From positions 144,046 to 208,045 of the forward strand of contig JAGXBC010000002.1 in NCBI GenBank assembly GCA_018971305.1: DNA of 64,000 nucleotides, in the 5' to 3' direction. Source of the DNA: Patescibacteria group bacterium. Lineage in GTDB: Bacteria; Patescibacteriota; Minisyncoccia; UBA6257; 2-01-FULL-56-20. Each line of letters begins with the position of its first letter. The first letter of the stretch is position 1. The translations under genes and the position numbers were made by a program. The notes beneath the pieces are model-generated. The model was not told the DNA's origin and ran no database searches. It saw nothing but the letters and a program-made list of their open reading frames with translations. Shown piece after piece: positions 48,042 through 56,688 of the stretch.

Positions 48042-48908
48042 ATGAAAACTTTACGAGAAACACTTAAAGACGCAGGCGAACGCAAGGTTGCCATTGGCCA
48101 TTTCAATATTTCCGACCTGGCGGCTCTTAAGGCCATTTTTGAAGCCGCACGTGAGTTGAATTTGCCTGTTATGATAGGGGTTTCCGAGGGCGAAAGGGAA
48201 TTCGTCGGTGTTCGCCAGGCGGCGGCGTTGGTTAAAAGTTTGCGCGGAGAATACGACTATCCTATTTTTTTGAATGCGGACCACACCCATTCCCTGGAAA
48301 AAATACGTGAAGCCGCCGAAGCCGGTTTTGACGAAATATTATTCGACGGCTCAAAGCTTTCCCTTGAGGAAAACATCCAGCAAACCAAAGAGGCCGTAAA
48401 AATCATTAGATCTATTGATAAGAATATTCTGATTGAAGGCGAGATCGGATATATCGGCAGTTCCTCGGAGGTGATGAAAGAAAAACCGGAAGGCATAGAG
48501 CTTACTACGGCCGAAGAAGCGGTACGTTTTATTAAAGAAACAGGCGTTGATGTTCTTGCTCCTGCGGTGGGCAATATGCACGGCCTTACGGAAGATATGG
48601 CCAAGGGTCTTTCGCAAAAGAGGCTTGATATAGAAAGGATAGGAAAAATAAAAGAAGCAACGCTGACGCCGCTTACTCTTCACGGTGGATCGGGGACTAA
48701 CGACGATGATTTTGTTGCCGCCATAAAAGCTGGCATAAATATAGTCCACATCAATACAGAAATACGCGTAGCTTGGCGCCGCGGATTGGAAAAAGGATTA
48801 AAAGATATGCCGAATGAAGTCGCGCCCTACAAGATTCTGCCGCCGGCGGTAGAGGAGATAAAACAGGTAGTCCTCTCACGCATGAAGCTATTTAATAGTT
48901 CTAACTGA
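48042..48908 (+). CDS. fba: Class II fructose-bisphosphate aldolase
   Basis: ADH, FDGS, EGEIG, VGNMHG, LHGGSG, HINTE. Confidence 0.96.
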   Translation: MKTLRETLKDAGERKVAIGHFNISDLAALKAIFEAARELNLPVMIGVSEGEREFVGVRQAAALVKSLRGEYDYPIFLNADHTHSLEKIREAAEAGFDEILFDGSKLSLEENIQQTKEAVKIIRSIDKNILIEGEIGYIGSSSEVMKEKPEGIELTTAEEAVRFIKETGVDVLAPAVGNMHGLTEDMAKGLSQKRLDIERIGKIKEATLTPLTLHGGSGTNDDDFVAAIKAGINIVHINTEIRVAWRRGLEKGLKDMPNEVAPYKILPPAVEEIKQVVLSRMKLFNSSN

Positions 48909-48972
48909 TTGCTTGTGGTAGATAGGTTTTGTGCTATGATTCATACTAGGATATTTATTTTGGAGGTGTATA

Positions 48973-49215
48973 ATGCCGAGACGGAAGTGCCCAATAGAAG
49001 GATGCGATTCGTTCGTTAGAACTACGTGTTTGTGTCTATGTAGTGATGGCGAGTGCGAAAAAGGACATAAATGGCATTGGTATAGAAGGAATTCTAGATG
49101 TAAATGGGTTTTACACACGGGAGAATCGGACCACGAAATTCACGGCGGTAATCCATCTCAATGTTGTGCGATGGGTCGAAATATAACCAGAAAATACGAA
49201 GGAAAAAGGCATTAG
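48973..49215 (+). CDS. Small Cys/His-rich putative zinc-binding protein
   Basis: GGAGGTG SD; TGCTATGAT extended -10; terminator AAAAAGGCA...TGCCTTTTT. Confidence 0.7.
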   Translation: MPRRKCPIEGCDSFVRTTCLCLCSDGECEKGHKWHWYRRNSRCKWVLHTGESDHEIHGGNPSQCCAMGRNITRKYEGKRH

Positions 49216-49307
49216 TGTGCCTTTTTTATTTTGATACGTTGGGTTATCTCAATGGGTAATATTATAAGGGGTTGCTTTCGGGAATATTTTTTGTTATCCT
49301 CTAATTC

Positions 49308-49979
49308 ATGGATTTAACAGTTAAAACAAGAGAAAAATTCGGTAAAGCGGTAGGGGCTTTGCGGAAACAGGGAATTATCCCGGCCGAGCTTTATGGACGC
49401 GGTATTGAGAACGTCCATTTGAACGTTGCCGCGAAGGATTTCGCCAAGCTTTTCAAAGAAGCCGGTAGCAATACGGTTGTTAATATTGTTGTTGATGGAA
49501 AGAAATATCCAGCGCTGGTGCACGATGTCAGCAAGAACTACTTTAGCGGCGAAGTAGACCACGTTGATTTTTACGCCGTGCGCATGGACGAGAAGCTTAC
49601 GGCAAAGATTCCTTTGGAATTTTTGGGAGATGCTCCTGCCGTGAAAGACAAGGGCGGTATTTTGAACAAAGCGATGTACGAAGTTGAAGTTGAAGCTTTG
49701 CCTGCCGACCTACCTCATAGCTTACAGGTTGATCTTTCTGTTTTGGATGATCTTAATAAGAGTATTTACGTTAAAGACCTTAAAATTTCTTCCAAAGCCA
49801 AAATTGTTGTTGATCCGGAAACCGTGATTGCTACGGTAACGCCGCCTGTAGCCGAAGAGGTCAAGGTTGAGGAGCCGGTTGACGTTAGCACGGTGAAGGT
49901 TGAATCGGAAGAAAAGAAGGCCGAAAGGGCAGCCGAGAAAAATAGCGAAGATAAGACCGAGGAAACAAAAAAGAAATAA
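49308..49979 (+). CDS. rplY: 50S ribosomal protein bL25/Ctc (long form)
   Basis: LRKQGIIPAELYG, HVDFY, acidic tail. Confidence 0.96.
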   Translation: MDLTVKTREKFGKAVGALRKQGIIPAELYGRGIENVHLNVAAKDFAKLFKEAGSNTVVNIVVDGKKYPALVHDVSKNYFSGEVDHVDFYAVRMDEKLTAKIPLEFLGDAPAVKDKGGILNKAMYEVEVEALPADLPHSLQVDLSVLDDLNKSIYVKDLKISSKAKIVVDPETVIATVTPPVAEEVKVEEPVDVSTVKVESEEKKAERAAEKNSEDKTEETKKK

Positions 49980-49991
49980 AAACCAGATCTG

Positions 49992-50026
49992 ATAAAAAGC
50001 CCCTTCTCTAATAAGGGGCTTTTTAT
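49992..50026 (+). terminator. Intrinsic terminator after rplY
   Basis: ATAAAAAGCCCCTT-7 nt-AAGGGGCTTTTTAT. Confidence 0.85.
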
Positions 50027-50082
50027 ATCGATTGAGGCCAAAGAGTAACAAATATCCTGTTAATTAAGATATAATACTAGTA

Positions 50083-51531
50083 ATGCCAAATCCTCCCAAG
50101 CCGAAGGTTGTAGGGGATATTAATAGTTTTAAAATAACCGCCGTGCGGGATAACTTTTCTTCTCTGCCGGAGCGGATAAATTTGAGCTACCACAGAATTT
50201 TGCGTTTGCCGCTGACCAAGCTATTAAGGGCGGCAATCTGTGTTCTTGCCGTTGCAACCTTGGTTTTGGGCTCGGTAACTGCTCCCACTGGCTTGCCTAC
50301 CGCGGCCGGCCAGTCAACCGATACCGAAAGAAAGGCGCTGGAAGACCAGCTTGCTCAACTTGAGGGCCAAATCAATCAATATGAAGATCAGGTATCCGGA
50401 TATCAAAAACAAGGGAGCAGCCTTAAGGGAGAAATATCCTTATTGAACAATAAAATAGCCAAGCTCAATTTACAGATACAGGCTATTAATCTGACTTTGA
50501 AAGATCTCAATAATAAGATATCCGAGACCCAGTCGCAGATTACCGATACTGAGTCCAGTATAGCTGATAGAAGAGCGGCATTATCCAAGTTGTTCCAGAA
50601 TCTCTATGAATCCGAGCAAGTCTCTCTTATGGAAGTATTCTTAAAAAACCCCCAACTCTCCGATTTCTTCGGAGATGTGAATAGTCTTACTCTTTTACAG
50701 AACGACCTCAGGGTTACAGTCCAGCAAATGACGGATTTGCGTAATCAGCTGCAGGATCAGCAGCAGCAATTTGCTTTGGCGAAATCGGACGCCGAGAGCG
50801 TGCAGGCTTATCAGGTTTCCCAAAAGACCGTCATCGACAACACTAAGGCAGAAAAAAACCAGCTACTCACCGTGACTAAAGGACAGGAATCCAAGTACCA
50901 AACCCTTTTGCAGCAAACTAAAGCTACTGCGGCGCAGATCAGAAACAGGATTTTCCAGCTGTTGGGAGGCGGCGAGTTAAGTTTTGAACAGGCTTATGAA
51001 TATGCCAAGCTTGCGAGCGGCGCAACCGGAATTGCCCCCTCTTTGATCCTGGCAATTTTGGACAGAGAGTCGGCTCTTGGGCAAAATGTCGGCAAGTGCA
51101 GTTATAAGACGGCGATGAGTCCTTCCAACCAAACAATATTTTTGCAATTAACTGCGGAGTTGAACATAGATCCCAATTCCGTTACCGTTTCCTGTCCCAA
51201 TAAAGACGGAACATACGGCGGCGCGATGGGTCCGGCTCAGTTTATCCCGTCAACCTGGAATTTATACACGAACGCCGTTTCCAAGGTTACCGGACATTCG
51301 CCGGCCTCCCCATGGAATAATGCAGATGCCTTTGCCGCTACCGCACTATATCTCAAAGACGCTATGACCGGTTGCGCTGCAGTTTATAGTTCGGAAATAA
51401 GCCGCGAACGCTGCGTGGCCGCGAAATATTACGCTGGTGGCAGGTGGCAGAGCTATCTTTGGACCTACGGAGAAGCAGTTGTTAACCGGGCTCAGAGCTT
51501 TGCTGATGACATTAAGACTATTAATAGCTAA
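50083..51531 (+). CDS. Coiled-coil (PcsB/CwlO-like) protein with lytic transglycosylase domain
   Basis: Long heptad region; RESALG catalytic Glu, GAMGPAQFIPSTW. Confidence 0.88.
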   Translation: MPNPPKPKVVGDINSFKITAVRDNFSSLPERINLSYHRILRLPLTKLLRAAICVLAVATLVLGSVTAPTGLPTAAGQSTDTERKALEDQLAQLEGQINQYEDQVSGYQKQGSSLKGEISLLNNKIAKLNLQIQAINLTLKDLNNKISETQSQITDTESSIADRRAALSKLFQNLYESEQVSLMEVFLKNPQLSDFFGDVNSLTLLQNDLRVTVQQMTDLRNQLQDQQQQFALAKSDAESVQAYQVSQKTVIDNTKAEKNQLLTVTKGQESKYQTLLQQTKATAAQIRNRIFQLLGGGELSFEQAYEYAKLASGATGIAPSLILAILDRESALGQNVGKCSYKTAMSPSNQTIFLQLTAELNIDPNSVTVSCPNKDGTYGGAMGPAQFIPSTWNLYTNAVSKVTGHSPASPWNNADAFAATALYLKDAMTGCAAVYSSEISRERCVAAKYYAGGRWQSYLWTYGEAVVNRAQSFADDIKTINS

Positions 51532-51539
51532 TCGCGAAT

Positions 51540-52814
51540 ATGGATTACAAAAAAATAACATTTAAAAACGGCCTGCGATTGATTTTAATACGGAAGCCAG
51601 GAAGTTTGGCTTCCAGCGTTCTTGTTTTAGTGGAAGCCGGTTCGGAATATGAGACAAAAAAAATCAATGGCGTATCGCATTTTTTGGAGCACATGATGTT
51701 TAAGGGCACTACTAATAGGCCGCGAGTTGGCCAAATAGCCGAAGAGCTCACCGGTTTGGGTGCCCAATTCAACGCTTTCACTTCTCAGGAATATACCGGT
51801 TATTGGGCGAAGGCCGAAAGTCACAAACTGCCGAAGATTTTTGATATTGTTTCCGACTTGTATCTCAATCCGGTTTTTAACGACGGAGAGATAGAAAAAG
51901 AGCGGGGAGTAATAGCGGAAGAAATCCATTTGCGCCGCGATGATAATCCCATGGCCGAAGCTCCGTATCTTTTGCTTAAATTATTATACGGTGACCAGCC
52001 CGCCGGTTGGGATGTCGCCGGTACAAAAGAGATCCTGAAGAGAATTAAAAAACGCGAAATCGTGGACTATCGAACCAAGCATTATGTCGCGCCGAAAACC
52101 GTTGTGGTTATCGCCGGTAAATTCAATGAGAAGAAGATAAAAGCGCAGACGAAATCTTATTTTGGCGGTTTATACCGCTCGCCTTCTATAAGAAAATTTA
52201 AAACCAAAGAATCTAATCAAAAAAAACCGGCGATAGACGTTAAGTTCAAGGCTTCCGGGCAAAGTCATATGGCTTTGGGGATCAGGGCTTTCGACATGTT
52301 CGATAGCCGCCGTTACGCCTTGCTTGTGTTGGCAGATATTTTGGGCGGGGGGATGAGTTCGCGGCTTTTTAAGAAAATCAGAGAAGAGATGGGCGCCGCT
52401 TATTATGTCGGTGCTGATGCCGACCTGAATTTGGATCATGGTTATTTGGCTGTATCTGCAGGCGTTGATCACGAGAAATCCGAGAAAGTATTGGGAGCCA
52501 TCCTCGGGGAATTGAGGCGATTGCGCGACGAGAATGTCCCGGAAGCGGAATTGCGCCGGGCCAAAGACCATCTTATTGGCAACCTAATTATCGGTTTGGA
52601 AACATCAGACGAGCTTGCCGGTTTTTACGGAGAGCAGGAGATTTTGACCAGAAAAATGTTGCCACCGGAGAAATTAATTGATAGGATTCAAGGTATTAAG
52701 GCAGGCGACATCAGGAAGGTGGCTAGAACGGTTTTTAAAAATGATAGATTAAATCTGGCTATAATAGGCCCATATAAAAACAAAGGGAAATTTAATAAAA
52801 TTTTTAAACTATAA
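51540..52814 (+). CDS. M16 family zinc peptidase
   Basis: HFLEH inverted zincin, NAFTS, LGGGMSSRLF. Confidence 0.96.
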   Translation: MDYKKITFKNGLRLILIRKPGSLASSVLVLVEAGSEYETKKINGVSHFLEHMMFKGTTNRPRVGQIAEELTGLGAQFNAFTSQEYTGYWAKAESHKLPKIFDIVSDLYLNPVFNDGEIEKERGVIAEEIHLRRDDNPMAEAPYLLLKLLYGDQPAGWDVAGTKEILKRIKKREIVDYRTKHYVAPKTVVVIAGKFNEKKIKAQTKSYFGGLYRSPSIRKFKTKESNQKKPAIDVKFKASGQSHMALGIRAFDMFDSRRYALLVLADILGGGMSSRLFKKIREEMGAAYYVGADADLNLDHGYLAVSAGVDHEKSEKVLGAILGELRRLRDENVPEAELRRAKDHLIGNLIIGLETSDELAGFYGEQEILTRKMLPPEKLIDRIQGIKAGDIRKVARTVFKNDRLNLAIIGPYKNKGKFNKIFKL

Positions 52815-52839
52815 TTTTATAAAGGATCAAATTCCACGG

Positions 52840-53862
52840 ATGTCTGAAACAAAATCATTTAATGTATCTTGGGAAACGTTATGGAAGATTACGACCTTCG
52901 CTGTCCTTATTGCTATTCTTTATCAAGGGAGGCAAATTCTGCTTGGCCTTTTTTTGGCTATCATTATATCTTCCGGTTTGGAAACAATAGTGGATTTTCT
53001 TGAGAAACGCGGTGTACCGAGAACGCTAGGCGTAATTTTGATCTTTCTCTTATCGCTCGTAATTATTATTTTTGTGATTTATGCTTTAGTTCCCTTGGTT
53101 ATAGTGGATCTGAACACAGCATTTTCCGGGCTTGATAGATCTAATCCGTTTTTGGGCTCTTTAATTAATATCGGGGCATCGCAGGAGTCCCTTGGCGTTG
53201 CCTTAAATAAAATATCTTCCGGGTTATTTTCTGGGAATATATCACCATTTGGTTTTTTGTCGCAAACAGTCGGTAGCGTGGGACTAGCTGTAGCTGTTTT
53301 GGTTAGCTCTTTCTATTTGAGTTTAAGTCGCGATGGAGTGGAAAGATTTATTAAAACGGTCTTGCCGGCTACATATGAAAAGATGGCTTTAAAGATATAT
53401 GAACGTTCGCGGAGAAAAATCGGCGCCTGGTTTCAGACGCAAATATTATTGAGCGTTATCATGGGTTTTCTTGTTTGGGGAGCGCTCGCATTGCTCGGAG
53501 TTAAACACGCTTTTCTTCTCGGAATCCTGGCCGGGTTTTTTGAAATAGTGCCTTTTGTCGGGCCGATACTTGCAGGTGCGATTTCTGTCCTTGTCGCGCT
53601 TTCTGTTTCCTTCTCTTTGGCGATCTATACGCTTATTACATTTTTGGCGTTACAGCAGTTCGAATCCAATGCTCTGGTTCCGATTTTGATGCGGCGTACA
53701 GTCGGTTTGCATCCGGTGATAGTTATAGTGGCCATTCTTATCGGTACGGAGGTCGGAGGTTTTCTCGGATTGCTTATCGCCGTGCCGGCCGCAGCTGTTT
53801 TTGAAGAGGCAATCGGTGAGTGGTCGGGCAAGAAAGGGGGCACGGAAGAAGTTTTGGTCTAA
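52840..53862 (+). CDS. AI-2E family transporter
   Basis: [25 protein letters not shown]. Confidence 0.93.
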   Translation: MSETKSFNVSWETLWKITTFAVLIAILYQGRQILLGLFLAIIISSGLETIVDFLEKRGVPRTLGVILIFLLSLVIIIFVIYALVPLVIVDLNTAFSGLDRSNPFLGSLINIGASQESLGVALNKISSGLFSGNISPFGFLSQTVGSVGLAVAVLVSSFYLSLSRDGVERFIKTVLPATYEKMALKIYERSRRKIGAWFQTQILLSVIMGFLVWGALALLGVKHAFLLGILAGFFEIVPFVGPILAGAISVLVALSVSFSLAIYTLITFLALQQFESNALVPILMRRTVGLHPVIVIVAILIGTEVGGFLGLLIAVPAAAVFEEAIGEWSGKKGGTEEVLV

Positions 53863-55337
53863 TGAAGGAAAAAGAGTTTTATATTACAACCACCCTCCCT
53901 TATGTAAATGCTCCGCCGCATCTGGGGCATGCTTTGGAATTGGTTCGTGCGGATATAATTGCCCGTTACCACAAACTCAAGGGATACGACGTTTTTTTTA
54001 ATACAGGAACCGACGAGCATGGTTTGAAGATCTATCGCAATGCTGTTGCCGCTAACAAGGAGCCGCAGAGCTATGCTGACGAATACGCTGCCAAATTTGA
54101 GAGTTTGATGGGAATATTGGAAGTCGATTATAGCCATTTTTCCCGTACCACCGATCCGCACCACGTAAAGGCGGCTCAGGAATTTTGGAAGATATGCGAC
54201 AAGAACGGTTATATCAAAAAAAAGTTGTATAAAGTAAAATATTGCGTCGGTTGTGAATTGGAGAAAACCGAATCAGAGCTTAAAAACGGCCGTTGTCCGT
54301 TACATCCCAATCTGGAATTGGAGATAATAGAAGAGGAGAATTATTTTTTTAAATTTTCGGAGTTCCAGAAGCCGCTCCTGGCATTATATAAAAAATATCC
54401 GGATTTTGTTTTGCCGAACGGCAGATTGAACGAGATAAAGAAGTTTATCGAAAGAGGTCCGGTTGATTTCAGTATTTCGCGGCTGAAAGAAAAAATGCCG
54501 TGGGGAGTCAACGTCCCCGGGGACGAATCGCACGTTATGTATGTTTGGTTTGACGCCCTGGTAAATTATATTTCCGCGCTTGGCTGGCCGGAAGATAAAA
54601 AGAACTTTGAAAAATTTTGGGGTACAAAAGATAAGCCTCGGGCAATGCAAATAGCCGGTAAGGATAACTTGCGCCAGCAGGCAGCAATGTGGCAAGCGAT
54701 GCTTATGGGAGCCGGACTACCTACCTCGCGCCAGATTCTTATAAACGGATTTATAACGAGTGGTGGAGAAAAAATGAGCAAGAGCTTGGGCAATGTTGCC
54801 GACCCGGTGGAAATAGCCAAGAAATACGGTGCGGATGCCCTGCGCTACTGGCTGGCGCGCGAGATACCGGCGTTTGAAGATGGGGACTTTTCCCAGGAGA
54901 AGTTCAAAGAAAGATATAATGGCGACTTGGCGAACGGACTTGGCAATTTTGCATCCAGAGTTTTGACGCTTGGCGCATCCGTTCACGAATTTAATGCCAA
55001 ATTGGAGCCGGAACAAGAAATAATAAAAGCTATAAATACAACCAAAGAACACGTTGCGGCCAAAATGGAAGAATTTAAGTTCCATGAAGCATTGGCTGCA
55101 ATATGGGAACTCATCGCTTTTGGGGACGAGTATGTTAACAGGACTACGCCTTGGGATATTGAATACGAAGAAAAGAAAGCCCAGACAATTTTTAATTTGG
55201 TAGTTATTTTGGATAATGTCGCCGCGCTTTTGCGGCCGTTCATGCCCTCTACTTCCGAAAAAATAACCAAGTGTATTGAATGGGAGAATATATTGAAAAT
55301 AAAAAAATGTGAGGTTCTATTTCCTCGCATCAAATAG
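53862..55337 (+). CDS. metG: Methionyl-tRNA synthetase (short form)
   Basis: [32 protein letters not shown]. Confidence 0.97.
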   Translation: MKEKEFYITTTLPYVNAPPHLGHALELVRADIIARYHKLKGYDVFFNTGTDEHGLKIYRNAVAANKEPQSYADEYAAKFESLMGILEVDYSHFSRTTDPHHVKAAQEFWKICDKNGYIKKKLYKVKYCVGCELEKTESELKNGRCPLHPNLELEIIEEENYFFKFSEFQKPLLALYKKYPDFVLPNGRLNEIKKFIERGPVDFSISRLKEKMPWGVNVPGDESHVMYVWFDALVNYISALGWPEDKKNFEKFWGTKDKPRAMQIAGKDNLRQQAAMWQAMLMGAGLPTSRQILINGFITSGGEKMSKSLGNVADPVEIAKKYGADALRYWLAREIPAFEDGDFSQEKFKERYNGDLANGLGNFASRVLTLGASVHEFNAKLEPEQEIIKAINTTKEHVAAKMEEFKFHEALAAIWELIAFGDEYVNRTTPWDIEYEEKKAQTIFNLVVILDNVAALLRPFMPSTSEKITKCIEWENILKIKKCEVLFPRIK

Positions 55338-55345
55338 CCAACATT

Positions 55346-56188
55346 ATGGAGTCTATGCCAGTGGTTCCCAGGTTTATGGATGTTCACACGCATCCGCAAA
55401 TGCTGGCTTATAATTCCGATCGCGAAGCCGTTTTGGGACGTGCCAAAATAGCGGGAGTAAAAATGATTGCCGTGGGAACGCAATTCAGTACATCGCACGC
55501 CGCTATTGAGCTCGCGGGAAAATATCCAAAAGACGTTTGGGCGACCGTAGGTTTTCATCCCGCACATTTTTCCGTGAATTGGTATCACGACAAGAACGAG
55601 CAATCATCTCCGGAACGTGAAATTTTTGATATTGTCGCGCTTGAAGATCTCGCCAAAAATCCCAAAGTCGTGGCGATAGGGGAATGCGGGCTGGATTATT
55701 TTAGGGATAAAGACGAGGGGACAAAAGACAGGCAAAAGGAAGGATTCGTTGCGCAAATTAGTTTAGCGCATCGGCTGAAAAAACCGCTGATGATACATTG
55801 CCGGGCCGCATTTCCCGACCTTATTCAAATTCTAAAATCCAAGCCGGAGATACTTAATTCTCCTCCAGGAATTATCCACTTTTTTTCCGGAACGATCGAT
55901 GAAGCCAAGAAATTATTGGATATGGGATTTTATTTTACCTTCGGAGGAGTAATAACCTTCGCTCGCGACTACGACTATGTTATTAAAATGATCCCCATAG
56001 ACAGGATTCTGAGCGAAACCGATGCTCCTTATGTATCGCCCGTGCCCTATCGTGGCAAACGCAACGAACCGGCGTATGTGGTTGAGGTGGTTAGAAAACT
56101 GGCTGACTTGAAGGGTGTTTCAATAGAAGAGACCTCGGAGACAATCTTCCGTAACGCGCAAAATGTTTTTGGTCTAATAAAATCCTAA
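55346..56188 (+). CDS. tatD: TatD family nuclease
   Basis: DVHTH, GFHP, IGECGLDY, IHCR, ETDAPY, RNEP. Confidence 0.95.
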   Translation: MESMPVVPRFMDVHTHPQMLAYNSDREAVLGRAKIAGVKMIAVGTQFSTSHAAIELAGKYPKDVWATVGFHPAHFSVNWYHDKNEQSSPEREIFDIVALEDLAKNPKVVAIGECGLDYFRDKDEGTKDRQKEGFVAQISLAHRLKKPLMIHCRAAFPDLIQILKSKPEILNSPPGIIHFFSGTIDEAKKLLDMGFYFTFGGVITFARDYDYVIKMIPIDRILSETDAPYVSPVPYRGKRNEPAYVVEVVRKLADLKGVSIEETSETIFRNAQNVFGLIKS

Positions 56189-56241
56189 AAAAAGAGCGCA
56201 GGATTTCCCGCGCTTTAATGTGCATATGGTTATACCGACCA

Positions 56242-56586
56242 TTATATGATCTTGTTCGCCACCACGAGAAGAAACTTCATCGGGTCCAATTGTTTTGAGT
56301 TTACTAAGACCAATTGGAAAGCCTCGTCGCTGCTAAAACCTGCAGTCATATAGGCTTTGTAGCTCTGGAGGGTTTCTTTTGCGTGGATATCGGTCGCTCG
56401 AATCATTTCCGGCTGTAATTCTTCTCGTACATTATTGAGATGACCCAGAATCATCTTGGCAGTTTTGGTTATTGCCGGTTTTGATGCGGTAAGAGCCTTA
56501 TCCAAGGCCCCTAGATATTCATCGGCGTTAAGTACTAATCCCATCAGTTCCTTAGCCCTTTCTCGCATTTTTTCGTCTTGAGTCAT
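56242..56586 (-). CDS. Hypothetical helical protein
   Basis: GGAG SD; TTGACA-16-TATAAT at 56654-56627; AGFSSDEAFQLV motif. Confidence 0.7.
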   Translation of the reverse strand: MTQDEKMRERAKELMGLVLNADEYLGALDKALTASKPAITKTAKMILGHLNNVREELQPEMIRATDIHAKETLQSYKAYMTAGFSSDEAFQLVLVNSKQLDPMKFLLVVANKII

Positions 56587-56688
56587 TGCGTGATCTCCGG
56601 AAATTAAATTTTACTGCACTGCCTGCATTATATCATATATAAGGATGTTGTCAAATATGTTTTTTGGCGTTAGAATTCTATGTAAACT

